Positions 49,768-64,000 of a stretch of 64,000 nucleotides of DNA are shown here, in pieces; the first letter of the stretch is position 1, and each line of letters opens with the position of its first letter. Source of the stretch: Geosiphon pyriformis uo1 (taxonomy: Eukaryota; Fungi; Glomeromycota); assembly GCA_016748015.1 (NCBI GenBank), contig JAAOMT010000468.1:62001-126000 (forward strand). Reading direction: 5' to 3'. The notes beneath the pieces are model-generated. The model did no database searches and was not told the origin of the DNA. It worked only from the letters and a program-made list of their open reading frames with translations. A program made the translations under genes and the position numbers.

Positions 49768-50771
49768 CCGGGAGAAGTTTCTAGTTGCTAAAAAAACTGC
49801 CATATCTGGCAATATTCGTCATTTTGCTCAGGACTTATACTGGTCGATATGCTGTGCCCATTGGGAGGCTGGTCTGAGTTTTGGTATAGTTCTAAATGTT
49901 ATGATTAAGAAAATAAATTGAGATGCTACTGCGATAATTTGGCATCCTGATTCACACATGCTTTCTGAGTTTACCAGTAGGAAGTCAGCTAATTTATACA
50001 CATATTTAATAAAAGCTGTATATAGACAGCTGCCAGTTGCAATTAGAAAGAGGTTGTATAGCAGAAGTTATCCTGGTGTTTTGTGTTTGCTGTGTGGTGA
50101 GGTAGAGTTCTCTGATCATGTTTTTGCTTGTTCTGGTGACTTTGGTTTCCATGGAGACATTTTGGTTAAAGCTGCTAAAAAATGGATGTCAATATCTGGT
50201 CTTACAAGTTTATCTCTGTCTGTTATTTTGCTCTCGCTTTCATCATGTTCTTCGGATGTGAATTTTTATACAGCAGTATACAAGAGTTTTGTAATAAAAG
50301 ATTGGTATGTTGAAGCTGTTTCAGTTTTTAAGGGAAGAAAGAAAGCTACTTAGACTCTAATGGAATTTATCAGATTTGTGGTGAAATTACAACACACTCA
50401 AATATGGACTATTAGGACCAGACATAGAATAGAGATGGAAAAGGCTGGCTTGGTTGAGGATAATGATGTGGTTTATGGCTTGTCCAGCAATATAGTTTCT
50501 ACATTGTTGGCTGGTGTTGTCCGTATGCTTAGTGTTATAGAATCTTTTGCTGTTAAGTTTGATAGGTACAAATTGTGTCATTTTTTTTTGGTTTAGGTGG
50601 TGATGTTTTTGTTGCCATAGGTGTATAATGTTGCTTTGTCTGGCCCGAGTAGCTGGCCACATGTAGTCTATGCATAAGCTGCGTTTAATTGGTTTCACTT
50701 AATTTGGTTCTATGTACTAGATAGTGGTTGGGCTTCACTTATAAAACTTGTAATAAAAAAAAAAAAAAAAA

Positions 50772-52254
50772 GGGGGTATTTTTAAATTGGTTAAAACTTT
50801 TTATTTAATACTAAATAGTTTATTTTTGGAACTTTAATTTTTTTGTATTTGGTTTTTATTTAATTTGTACTAAGAAATCTGTTCTAAGAAAAATGATTCT
50901 AATGTAAAATAAGTCTAAAAAAAGATATATTTTCTTGAAAAAAGAGATTTTTCTTTTAGATAACTTGTTATGATACTAGTTTATAAACTTGAATTTTTTT
51001 TTGCTATAATTTTGATAAACTAAAGATACATTTTGATAAACTACAAGTTATTTTGACAAACTATTAATTATTTTGGTAAACTATCTATTATTTCAGCAAA
51101 TTTTGGCAAATTTTGGCAAATTTTTAAATGTTATATAGTTTGAGATATTGTGTACTTTGATTATTCTAATTTTTATTATATAAATTGAATTATTAATTAA
51201 ATAGTAATCTTTGATAATTTAATTAAATAGTAAGTAATAATTTAAACAGTAATAATATATGCTAATTAATAATAAAAATTATAAAAGTAATTTCATGTTA
51301 ACTAAGGACTAAAATTTTATTAGTAACATAATTTTTTCTTTAAAACTAAGCTTTATCAAAGTTCAAGCATTATTTGTAATATTAAAATAGTAGTTCAAAA
51401 TAATTGAAATAATTTGGTCTGAAAATTGTTAAAATTTCAATTTTGTGAGTTTGCCAATATATTAAATTTTGTAAAACATTTTCACAAATATTAAATAGAT
51501 TATAAAATCTAAGAGCTGTTCTAAGTTTGTAATAAGTGTTTATTAGTCCAGCTGCTGTTTTTAATTTATTGTAAATTTGTTTTTATATAGCTTTAGAAAT
51601 AAGATTTGTTGTTTCAAATTCCAGTTTTCATTTATAAAGTGTTTTTTCAATATGAAAATATTTAAAAATAGAAGTATATTTTTAGTTTTGTTTATTAAAA
51701 CACAATTGAAGTTTTTATTGAATTGTGGTATTTGGTAAAATGTCAATAAAAGTGAAGAAAAGGTTTTTTTAAAGCTTGCTTTAAAAGTTTTGATAATTGA
51801 ATTTCAAAGTAGTTTCTTGTGTTTTTTCTATAAGAATAATAATTTTGAAAATTATTTACTATTGATATTGTAGTTTTTTTTTGCATGTAATTAATTTAAC
51901 TTCTATTAATCATTATGAATAAATTAGAAAGTGTTTTTAAAATTAACATTAATTTTTGGAACAGTTGTTAAATGTTTTAAAAAATAATTATAATGAAAGT
52001 AATAACTTAAGAATAAAATTTGAAAATTTTTGAAAAATAAAAATAAAAAAATATTTATGAATATGAGGTTTTTATATGTTTTTGGTTTTGGGTTTTTTTT
52101 GTAATTGTTTATTATTTTTGTTTTAATATTTGTATATTATTAAAAAAATATTATAATAATGTTAAATTAAATGTTCAGATTTGGTTGTTGTTTTATTATA
52201 ATTATTGGTTCTAAATTTTGGAAAATATCTTTGGAATTAATTAAAAGAGAATAT
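50772..52254 (-). mobile_element. Gypsy relic E: partial 3' LTR (C-family-like, ends 51328), PPT and ORF3-like remnant
   Basis: Similar to about 27900-28410. TAGTAACA end followed by a purine tract on the minus strand. ..NFDKA(Q)F* resembles the ORF3 end of A. Confidence 0.65.
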
Positions 52255-55200
52255 TGTTACTCATAAAATATAGGAAGTATATTAGTATATAATTTAGCTA
52301 ATTAGAAGTAAACATAGTAAATGTAGAATTTTAGAATTCCAGGAATTTCAGGATTCTTGTATGAGGAATTACAGGATTCCAGAATTCCAAGATTCTTCTC
52401 AAAAGAATTACAAGATTCCAGGATTTCCAGAATTTCTGGCATAAAAAATTAAAAAATTTAAGAATCTTAATTATGTATATATAGTGGTAATGTTAAAAGT
52501 AGAAAAAGACAGATCTTTCAGTTTAGATTTCATCTAAGCAATCTTTTAAGTCACAAATATTAATAAATAACTATTTGCTATCTCAATCCACTCTCCACTA
52601 TTAATACTTCATGTTGATAATAATCCATATTTGACCATACTAGAACAATAACTCTTAATCATGACTATTGATGAGATACTAACTTAATTGCCTTGGCTTA
52701 TTTTTCTTTGTTATTTTTCCTTTTTTTATTTTCTCTTTTATTGTTATATATTAATTGATTAAGGATTAAGTGCTAAGTTATTAACATCAGGATATAGTAC
52801 TGGTAAAAAACCCAAAAATAAGGGTAGATACTCAAATTTGAGAATAGCTTACCAAGAGATTGTCAGCCATCACACCAAAAAAAAAATTGACAGAATTGCA
52901 ATTCCAGAAAGTAATGGACAAAACCAAACATTTAAACCCAAGAGTTAACACTTGAAACATTACTAAAAGAAAATCACAATTGAATTTTTGTCTATTATAC
53001 AAAAAACTCAACCAAAATCTTCAGATCACAAAACCTTTAGAAACCAACATCAATATATCAATTAAGCACCAAGTTACGAATTTGTTATTTGCTTTGAAAC
53101 CCCAAATAATCACCTGTAACATTTGGTGTTTTTTGTGAGGTATAATTTTACAGAGAACCAGCACCAACAACAACCATCTAAAAGTGGCAGAATTAGAAAA
53201 AATAAAAACAAACCATTTAGGATTCGCCAAATCTTTATTTCAGCATTATTGTCAACACTTGGGATTAACCAACAATCACTTATCAGCAGAGTTTGTCTTT
53301 AACTTCTACATCAACAAAAAAATCTCATATTTGTTAGGAGTGTTAGTAGAAACTAATTCAACAAGAAAATTTTTTTACAACAAATTAATTCAAAACACCA
53401 GCCTATTAGTAAATCATAATTTCACAGCAATTTTAACTGAAATTAATAGAAAAATTGAATATTACATTCAACAAAAATATTTCATCACTTATACAACCAA
53501 AGGTAAAAAAAAACTACAGACACCAGTAGTAATACTCCAGAAAATACAATTACCTACTTGAAGGAAAATAAAAGTTGAATCACCAATCCATCTATTATAC
53601 CACTATATACTTGGAAGTGTTATTAACATTTCATCACCAGGTGCATCCATCTTAAATGCAAAACCATTATTAGTCCAACTCCTATTTCAAAGTAAACAAA
53701 AGAAAACAGAGTTGTTAGAAACCTATAGTGATTATTTTGAAGGATTTAAATCACAATCACCAATGCCATTAAGATTTTGATTACTACCACTTCAATTAGA
53801 TTTCAGAGCCACAAATCCTTGGGAAGTGATAGAATCAAAAAAAAAAGAAAACAAGAATTAAGAATTTAATTATCAAAACCCAATTCCAGAAAACCTGGAA
53901 ATTGAAACTCTGAATATTTGAACTCAAGGAAATCAGAACAATTCAAACCTGATATAATTAATTAACAACACTTATCTTCAGCAATCATAATCAATCAGCC
54001 ACCAATTGAACCAATTGCCAAACCAATTCAACAGCTGCAAGTACTATCTCAGCAATTACTGCAACAATTACTTTAACAACCACCACAACAACAGCAACAA
54101 GTCATAGCACCAATAACATATGTTCTTATTGCCAAATTAGAAAAATTTATTAGCAAAGAAGATAATGTCCAAGTTTGATTTAATAACGTTACCAAAGCAA
54201 TTATTGCTAACAATTGGGATAACACTAGAACTCTATAGACTATTCCATACTTTTTACAAGATACTGCCAATTTATGATATCAAAGCTTGATCAACAAACC
54301 TATTATTTTTGATGTGTTTAAAACAGAGTTCTTGAGATATTTTAGCAACAATAATAGTATTAACTACATAATCAATACTTTTACCATCATTAAGCAAGGA
54401 AAAACTAAAGCAGTCACTACTTATCTAGAATGCTTCCATAAAAACTTGCATCAAATATAAGTAATTGATATGAATTACTTTACAGCATCACAAATTTTGA
54501 ACCAGTTCATCTATAGATTATTCAGTAGTATTCTCTAATGCATATGTTCAATACATCCACAAACTCTCCAAAATGCAGTTACCAATACACGAGATTTGAA
54601 TTCACTGAACTCAAAGCAAATCATGCCCAAGCCATCAATCTAGTAATAAACAGATTATCTAAATTGGATTCCAAATTGAAACAATTCAGTGATTCAATTA
54701 ATTAGAAACTAAAGGGGTACTTAGCTAACAATAATCAGGTCATATATTAACCACTACAATATTGTGACAATTCCAGAACCATCAATTAGCACCAAAATCA
54801 GTTATGTCTTGTGACAACATGATTATTATGACAGCAAGAAACACATATTTGTCACAATTGTGGTAAACAAGATCACATCAGAGTTGATTGTCATGTCAAA
54901 ATTAATAGTCAACAATTAAAAAATCAATATTGAAACCCTAATTGCAGATTTCAAATCAGAACTATGCTAACAATCTATTAACTGAATCATATCAATATCA
55001 ATCCAATTACTCACAAATGACACAACAACCAATATATGTACTTCCAATCTATCAAACTCCAGTCCCAGTTATTTATCAACTGCAGCCACAAATAATTTAT
55101 CAATCACAATCCATCATCACACTGCCCCAAAATTCAGTTCAGATATCCAGAAATCTGAGGCCAAGAATCACACACACCCAACAGAACTGGTGATTGGCAA

Positions 55201-57409
55201 TAGTAATGTATCAGCTAATCCCCAGCTTATTCCAGCAACTAGCAGAATTATGACAGTGGAGTTTGGGAATTGGGTACAGCCAAAACTCACATTCTTAGAA
55301 CTATTTAAGTCTTCTGGTTACCCCAGAAGATGTCTTATCTAATAAGCCAGAACCCAAACAAAAGCAGCCACTTATTAACAACATACTGCCAGCAACCATT
55401 ACTGAAGACAAATCACTTGTCATCATCTTTTCTTTTGAACTCAAGAAACCAGTTGAAATACCACTATTCAGTAAAACTGCTCTAGAATCAAAACTCATCA
55501 TGACAATGTATACAAATGCTAAAGTTGATGGTTAGTTCATTAAACTGATCCTAGACAGTAGATTAGTTGGCAGCATCATCACCCAACAACTCATGAATCA
55601 ATTAGATTGTTGAGTTGATTGCACTACCAGTACACAAATAATTACTGCTGATGGGGCAACAAAGACTTTAATAGGCAAAATTAATGACTTCTTCTTTGAA
55701 GTTGGTGGTATTGTCACACCAATCAAAGTCCTTATCATAGAAGCCACTCAGTACTAAGTACTAGTTGGTAATAACTGGCTGTCTAAGACCAATACTGTGC
55801 TCGACTGGAACACTTAAGAACTATAGCTCAGCCAAAACAGCCAATATATTTAAGTACCAGCAACCTGCAGTCATTTTAGGACCACTACCAACAAACAGCC
55901 ATTAATAGAATTAGAAGAAAAAGAGAAGAAACCTATCTGGGAAGCTTACCAAGTCTTGTAGACTAACACTAATCACAACAATTTACCATTGGTATTTACA
56001 TAAAAAGAAAAAGAAAAAGAAAAGAAAAGAGAAGAAAAAGAAACTCAAGCCACCATCTTTAACTTGACAACATATTTTACTACTACTTAATTATAGTCAA
56101 ACTATCATTAACTCAAGCTAATTTGCATTAATTGTGGCAAGAAATTGTCAACAATAGGCACATGTTATGGCAATGATGAAGACTGGCCAATGGCCACAAA
56201 ATATTACTGTTGCCCATATATCTTTGAATAATTTGGATGACTTAAATGACAAGAAAAATGGGACAATGAATTATGCCTGGCTTGTGGAAAAATCTTTCTT
56301 AATGAAAGAATATGGAACAACATTTCTAGGAGAGAAAAAACATGTAACAAATTGTGTCAATACATGATTCTAATCAGCAATTGGATACACAAAGAAACAC
56401 CAATAGATGCTGTCTGAAAAAGAGTAGTAAAATGCTTAGATAATTATCTACATAATAATAATGAAATCTGGTAAATGGCTCTTGCCAAAATTGAAGACAC
56501 ATCAAAAAAAAAAATAAAAGAAATAAAAAATAACCCACCAGAATCCATAGAACTTAATTGAACTCTGAACTCCAATATCATTTTTGACACTATAAACCCA
56601 GAACAATTCTACAAACATTATCAAAACCTAGCATCTATTAGAGAAAAGCAAGAGCAATATTTAGAACAATTAAATACCTAATTATGTGATTACTGTTTGA
56701 TTTCATATGATTTCGAATATTGTAATAAGTGTGATCTTATTTACAATCTACCAACATGCATGATTTACACAATTTCAAAAGAAGATGAACCAATCAGCAG
56801 CTGTGCATCGAAATCAGAATCAACATTCAATCCTAATTCAAACTTTAACAATGATGACAAAAACAATAGTTCCAGTTCTATTCAAAATGACAATAACAAC
56901 AATAACAATTCCAACTCTAATTCAAACTCCAAACAATATATTGCATTCTCTGATTTTACCAAGAAGCAGAAACTGAAATGATTTAGTAATAATGATAAAA
57001 GTATTATACCAGAATGTGTACATAATACTGATGCCAGATTTGATCTGAGATATCTAGAAAAAAATGCTATTAAATTAAAACCACACTTACACATATGCAT
57101 TGATTTTAAAATAGCACTGGAAATCTTAGCAACAATAATAGTTCAATTAGCATCTAAGAATAGTTTAATGAAAAAGTAAACCAACATCAAAAGAGGAATA
57201 ATTAATGCAGAATATGTAGGAAATATTATTGCAATACTACAAAATAACTTAGAAAAAACTTACATCATCAAGCCAAACAAAAAGATAGCACAAACAATAT
57301 TTCTGCCTCTGATTAAAATAGCTCAATTAGTATCAATGGGAAACAAAAAAAAATTAGTAATTACAGTTAGAAGGATTAGTAGATTTGAATTAACAGAGAG
57401 AATAGACGT
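52255..57409 (+). mobile_element. Ty3/Gypsy element D (A-related): 5' LTR 52255-53121, gag, PR, Cys-rich domain, dUTPase; cut by the insertion of C
   Basis: TGTTACTCAT..CTGTAACA; PBS TGGTGTTTTTTGTGAGG; CHNCGKQDHIRVDC; LILDS; DARFDL. Confidence 0.92.
52325..52440. repeat. GAATTCCAG-type short repeat array in LTR D
   Basis: Repeated (A/G)GAATT(C/T)CAG and GGATTCC units. Confidence 0.8.
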
Positions 57410-60400
57410 TGTTACCAGTAAAATTTTAGCTATTCATTAGCATAAAATTACCCTCATAACTCCTATTATTAATTAGCATATACAATTATCATTTCAATTA
57501 TTATCTATTATTTAATCAAATTAGCAATTATTATCATTCAACCAATAATTCAATTTGTATCATAGAAATTAAGATAATTAAATTACACAATACCCTGAAC
57601 TATTTAACATAGTCAAAATTCGCCAAAATTAATGAAAATTGGCCGAAATAATCAATAGTTCAATAAAATAACTTGTAGTTTACTAAAATGTATCTTTAAT
57701 TCATCCAAATTGTAGTAAAGAGAAAAGTGCAAGTTTAAAGACTAGTACTACAACAAATTGTATAAAAAAAGAGCTTTTCTCTTCAAAAAAATGTATCTTC
57801 TCATAGTATCTTACTATAGTATCTTACTTTAGATATCTTAATTGAAACAAATCACTTTTTACACATCTCAAATAAAAATTAAATGTTCAAAAACCAAATC
57901 TTTAAAATTATTACACTTGAAATTCTCTCAATACAATTAACGTTTTGAAATTGATTAGCTACCAATTTCAATAAACTGTTAATGACTTCAGACCTGGATA
58001 GAAAACGTTTCTCTTAACAATTCTATTTTCTTTTATATTTTTTTTATTTTTCTTTACTTTTCTTATTATAATCATTAAGATAGTTTACAGACGAGATTTC
58101 TGTAGAAAAGTTGACTTTTACAGCAAAGTAATTACACATTTTTAGTGAGCTTTCAAATGAGCAATTTTTGGGAAAGAGTTGACATTTACTACAATGTAAC
58201 TACACAAAGTAACTGGCACAGAATTGGCCATTCTACTTATAAGCCCAGTAGTTCAAATTATAGAAGATAATTTGAAGATAAATTCAGTTACTGGAGGTCT
58301 AACTACTTCCTGAAAATGTGAATTCACAGTAAATCAATATTAACAATATCCAAAAAAAGAGACCAAAAACCTCTGGTAATATTTGGTGTTCATCTATAAA
58401 AATAACACAGCAATAACAAATTCAAAGTGGCAATTACACCAGACATAACAACTTAAGAGTATTATCAGTCAATTTACACCCATTGCAAGCAGAAATTCAA
58501 CATTCCAAATGGAATTGAAATTGTCAAAAAGACACTTTACCAGTATATTAAAAACTGCATCAACAATTATCTTCTTAGAAATTACAACATTTCAGAAGTT
58601 AGAAGCAATTTCTATAATAATTTAGTGCACTATATACAGTTGAAAACTGAAAACTTTAATAGTAAAACACTTGCCACCTACTTCCAAGAACTTAATTTTA
58701 ACATTATCAAGTATTGTGAAGAAACATATCTAGTACAGTCTAAATACTCTATTGACTTTGAATTAGAGACAAAAACAAACAACAAAGACAAACAAAACTA
58801 AAACAACACTCAAGTACCACTTCAAATACTTCAAAGACACCAAAGACAACTACCAAACACTTACAAACATCTGAACAAAGAACTAGTGTCAAATTACCAC
58901 TTTCTATTACTCCATTTCTAATTTTACTTACTTGATTACAAGTACCAAATTTACTACTGAACCATTTCTCCAGACCAGAAAATTTTCAGTCACCTAAAAA
59001 TCCTATTCAACAACAGGAACCAATATCAACCAGCACTAATCTTCTTGATTACTTACAGGAAAACAAAAGTAATTATTCAAAAAACTTAGAAAATGAATCA
59101 AAACCAGAAGAAATTACAGAAAATGAAGAAGAAATAACAACTGCTTACATTATAAAGATTCCAGAATTTACTGAAGAAAATAATAATACCAGCTTTCAAG
59201 AATGGCTTGACAAAGTTCAAAAAGCAGGAGATGCAAATGGTTGGAATACAGCAAAAATGCTCAAAACAATCTCATATTTTCTCCAAGGAACTGCAAAAGA
59301 ATGGTTTGAAAACTTAGAACTATTTGAAAACTGGCAAGCATTCAAAAATGCTTTCTTACAACAATTTACCAACAACAATACCTCTATTATTCTCTGCAAT
59401 TGCTTTCACAATATCAAACAAAAAACATCTAAAACTGTTATAACTTATTTTGAAAGATTAAACAAACTTCTTTGACAAATTTGACAATTAGAAACCAATG
59501 AATACTATTTTAATGCCCAGATTTTGGATCAGTTTATAGCAGGATTAAAAGACAAGTTAATTAAGAAAGTTTGTCCACATGCCCCAGAAGACTTAACAAC
59601 AGCCATTAGACATGCAAAGAACTATGAAATGGCAATGGAAAAAGCAAACCATACCAAACTTGTGAATCTTGCTATTAGAGAAACCAGCTTAGCAACTGAA
59701 GAAAAAATTGACCAACTTACAAAGAAGGTTGAGAACTATTTCACTAACCAGCAACAACCACAAAGATATTAGCCACCACAATGATAAAACCAAACCAACT
59801 ACTTATTATTATCAAACAGTCAAAACCAAAGTTGTCATTATTGTGGGATTCTAGAACATTGGAAACAAAATTGCAGAAAGCTACAAAGAGACCAACAAAA
59901 CAAGAGTAATTAGCATTATTTTTCAACATAGCAATTTCATTACCAGCTTCCACCACCAGTCTACTATTCTTTAAGATTCCAACAGCAGAACAACTACTAT
60001 CAGCCTACCCCATAGTAGCAATATTAACAACCTCTACCAATCCAATAGTATCAACAACCACCTACACAACAATACCAAGTATCTGCCCAAAAATTGGTTC
60101 AACAAAACCAATTCACACCTCAAAATCAATTTTAGAATAACAATAACAGAATCAACCCAAACAACCAGTTAGTTCTCCGAAATTCTGGTCAGCAAAGACC
60201 CAATCACTATTACATTCAACCCAATTATCTTACAATGACTAAAAGATAAAATTTTCAACAAACTGCACTTTCTGAAAGTAAAGTTGCAGCACCAAGATTA
60301 AACTCTTCTAACAATACTATTTTACAAGTCCAAATTGCCCAAAATACCAATCTTTTAGATATATTTTCATTCGAATTTAAAGCAAATAAATTACCATTCT

Positions 60401-63400
60401 TGTTTAGCAATACAGCAATCAATAAACAAAAAGCAATCACAGCTATATATATAGAAACTGAAGTAGAAGGAAAACCAATTTGGTTAATTTTAGACAGTAG
60501 ATCAGCTGGAAGTATTATCATTTACCAGTTAATATAATAGCTTCAAAGAACTGTTGACAGACCAGCCCAAACTGTAATTGTTATAACAGATAATATGAAA
60601 AAAACACCAATAGGAAAAATTAACAATTTTCTATTTACCATTAATAGAATTATCATTCCAGTCAAAGTTCTAATCATAAATACACTCCAATACTAAGCTC
60701 TTGTCAAAAATGATTGGTTTCTCAAGGCCAATACAAATTTAGATTGAAAAACCCAGAAATTGAAAATTTTATATTAGGAACAATATACCAGAATATCTGC
60801 CACCTGTAATACTTTTAATAAAAAATCTGAAAAAGCCCTAGTATTCGAATTTGAAGAAGAGAAAAAACTACCAATTACTGAAACCTTTATGGTTCTTGAA
60901 TTACCATCCAATTGGGCTGAAAAAACAGAACAAAAAATCTTAAAAAAAACCAAAGAATGAAATGTAGTTAGATATTTCACACCAGAACTACAGAAACAAC
61001 CACCTTATATCTCACTCAAATGCAAAAATTGCAACAAAAAACTTTTATCAATGAGAACATGTATTTCTCCAGAAGAGGAATATGAAATTCGCATCTACTA
61101 CTTTTGCAAAGCATGCCATAAAAAACAATTTAGATATCTCAAAAGAAATAGAAAATGAGACAACACTCCTTGTCTTACATATAGAGATATGCTATCAGAA
61201 AAATACAACTGGATTGATGTTGCAATAAAAAAAGAAGTATGTGATCAAACCTGCTAATATGCTTTATCAATTTTGGAAAAAGTTAAAAAAGGAACACTTT
61301 TTGATGTAGCATACAATAGTGCTCTCAAAAAACTTTACTACTATCCTCATAATGCTAAAATGATCTTTGATTTAGCAATGGCTTTAATTAATAGAGCCAC
61401 ACAGGAAGATGTCCAACAAATAAAAGAAGCTGAGTACATTGAATACACAATGGAATTAACTGGATTCAACTATGAAGATAAAGTAGAGGCATACCACCAA
61501 ATTGCAAGTCACACATACCCAACCCAAAAAGCTCAAATTTAACAATTAGAGCAAATGAACATTTAATTGTGTAAAAAATGCATTATGTTTTGTGATAACA
61601 AATGGTGTTCAAAATGCTATGCTCTTAGCATTTTCCTGCCCAGTAAAAATAACCAGAAGGAAATTGAATTTGGGAAACTGGAAACAAAAGAAGAAATTGC
61701 AACAACACTAATCTATTTTACTGAAAACCAGCCTGCTATACAACTTAAATACTTTGACAACAATGAATAAGGAATAAAACCAGAAAAAGTCCATAAAATT
61801 GATGTAGAATACAATCTCAAATATTCTGGCAAAAACACTTTGGTTTTTTAACCAAAATCTTTAACCAAAATCAATCTCAGAATTGTTCTTGAAATACCAC
61901 CAGGAGCAATGGTACAAATTGCTTTTCAATTATCATTGGCAAGCAAAGGAATCAACATCAGAGGAAGAGTTATAGATACAAGATATACTGGAGACATCAC
62001 TGTTATGCTACAAAACAAAACTGAGAAACCATTCAAAATAGAACATGCTAAAAAGATTGCTCAAGCAATTTACTTATTCTTAATCAACATTTCGAGTTTA
62101 CAATCAGTTAAAAACAGAGAACAATTGGGAAAAAGTGAAAAAAGAACTCAAGATTTTGGTTCAACTGGACAATTTACAGTGTCAGTAAACATAGTTCTTA
62201 ATGCACAGAATGAATCTCACCAGATTCTTCAACTTCTCCAACCAATTACTATTTCACCTTTTGGTGAACATCACGAAATTTACACTTGCTCAAAACCCAC
62301 CACTACCCAACAAATCTTTGAATTCAATAAACCAATCTGTTTAAAGCATGAAATCTCAATCTCAAACGTTTATATTCCCAAAAAAATGAAAAAATTTTGA
62401 GTTATATTTTACAATCCCAATAATTACTCTATTGTCTTATTGAATAAATTAGAGATTGGAATTATACACAGCAATATTTTCCAAGATAAAAATCCTCAAA
62501 TTGTCTTTAATTTTATCGAAATTATAAAACATACACTACTTCCAAATCCAAACATCATCCCTACTATTGAAAACTACTATTTTTTAGAAGAAAAACTCTT
62601 TTAAATCAACATGGGTTCCTTACAACTTTAACAACAAAGACAATTGAAACAGTTAATAGCTGAATTCACTGACATATTTGCAAAAAACAACAATAATCTT
62701 GAAAAAACTGATATTGTTTAACATCAAATTCACACAAGAGATGCTCCACTGAAATGTCAACAAGCTTATTAAGTGCCACCTGCCAGCCACCAATTCATTA
62801 GGGAAGAAATTCAAAGAATGCTCAATAATAGATTGATTCAATCATTAAGAAGTCCTTAGGCCTTACCAGTAGTTCTTGTTAAAAAGAAAAATAGAAAAAT
62901 CAGATTTTGTGTTGACTATTGCCAACTGAACAGTGTGACAATTGAAGATGCCTACTCTCTTCCAAGAATTGATGACATGCTAGATGCTTTAGGAAAAGCT
63001 AAGTTCTTCTCAACTTTAAACTTGGAAAATAAATACTGGCAAGTCGAAATGAACCTAAAAGATCAACCCAAAACAGCATTTACCACTCAAGAAAAAAACT
63101 ATGAGTTCAATGATATGCCTTTTAGACTCTGTAATGCATTAGCAACATTCCAATGACTTATGAATGTTGTATATAAAGAACTCTTATGGCAATTAGTAGT
63201 TGTCTATCTGGATGACACTAATGTGTACTCACCAAGCTTTGAAGCTCATCTTATCTATCTGCAAGAAGTTTTTCAATAATTATAGAAAGCAGATTAAAGT
63301 TGAACATTGAGAAATATTACTTTAGAAAAACAAGTTTAATTTTTTTTGGACACATTGTTAGCAAAGATGAAGTCAAACCAAATCCTGGAACAATCAGTGC

Positions 63401-64000
63401 TGTTAAAAACTTTTAAATACCTAGAAATACCACAGAGCTATAAGGATTTGTAAGATTAGTCTTCTACTATTGAAAATTCATAAAAGGATTCTCAAAGATT
63501 GCCAAACCACTCAACTATCTCACCAACAAAAACATGTCATATCAATGGACTAAAGAACAACAAAAAGCTTTTAACACCCTCAAAACAAAATTAACAACAG
63601 CTCCAGTTTTTGTCTACCCAAATTTCAACAAACAATTCCAACTAGTCACTGATGCTTTACATATAGCTTTTGGTATCATCTTGTCACAATTGGATGAAAA
63701 TGGCCAGAAGCAAGTTATTGCTTATGCCAATAGAACACTCAAGCCAACAGAACTCAAATATGGTTCAACTAAATTAGAAGCTGCTGCAGTCATTTGGACT
63801 ATTAAACATTTTCAACAATATTTGAAGAATAAAAAAAAATTTGACATCATAACTGACAATATTGGCCTCAAATGGCTTAACAAAAAAAAACTGAACAAAG
63901 TACCAAACAGTCTCAATGAAATGATTTCCTAGCAGCCTACAAATATATTGTATATTACAAACCAGAAGAACTACACATCAATATTAACAGTTTTTCAAGA
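57410..64000 (+). mobile_element. Ty3/Gypsy element C: 5' LTR 57410-58381, gag, PR, Cys-rich domain, dUTPase, RT, RNase H; continues past the window end
   Basis: TGTTACCAG..CTGGTAATA; PBS from about 58384; CHYCGILEHWKQNC; LILDSRSAG; VIDTRYTG; VYLDDT; TDAL. Confidence 0.93.

Larger units (their letters stand above)
24343..50771 (+). mobile_element. LINE copy 5, full length, split by a solo LTR and by Gypsy A (LINE parts: 24343-27424, 28411-31163, 49768-50771)
   Basis: ORF1 24466-26344 (CEKCGLLGYSALEC). ORF2 from 26341: CNIRG, ETKL, GDFN, QNMRKAYDSV, AFVDDTIW, MYIDGS, KVKGHS. The reading PVNI|REKFL rejoins across Gypsy A. Poly(A) ends at 50771. Confidence 0.95.

Noticed and set aside
56820-56935. 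Asn/Ser-rich stretch as a separate gene or satellite
   Set aside because: It is a low-complexity linker in the D polyprotein, also present in A.

Overview
AT-rich eukaryotic DNA, about 95% decayed retrotransposon. Introns, proteins and TE types suggest an early-diverging fungus, probably Glomeromycotina or other Mucoromycota (inference). The window holds five + strand copies of an RNase H-bearing LINE (ORF1 RRM/CCHC; ORF2 APE-RT-RNase H-CCHC), one ORF1-only non-autonomous element carrying the LINE 3' tail, and several tail-only fragments. It also holds four dUTPase-bearing Ty3/Gypsy elements, one Gypsy relic and two solo LTRs, all with TGTTA(C)...(G)TAACA-type ends and 4-bp TSDs where both flanks are visible. 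These are nested (LINE > Gypsy A > Gypsy B; Gypsy D > Gypsy C). The only host-gene island is about 21.9-23.85 kb. It contains a partial ETF-ubiquinone oxidoreductase gene with a Nextera/Tn5 adapter assembled into it, and an intact 3-exon stefin/cystatin-like gene missed by the ORF track. The most novel-looking signals are an uncharacterised Cys-rich domain upstream of dUTPase between protease and RT in all four Gypsies, a conserved extra ORF 3' of integrase, the HAL1-like ORF1-only element, and a non-CpG C-to-T mutation bias. All calls were made by eye with no database search.
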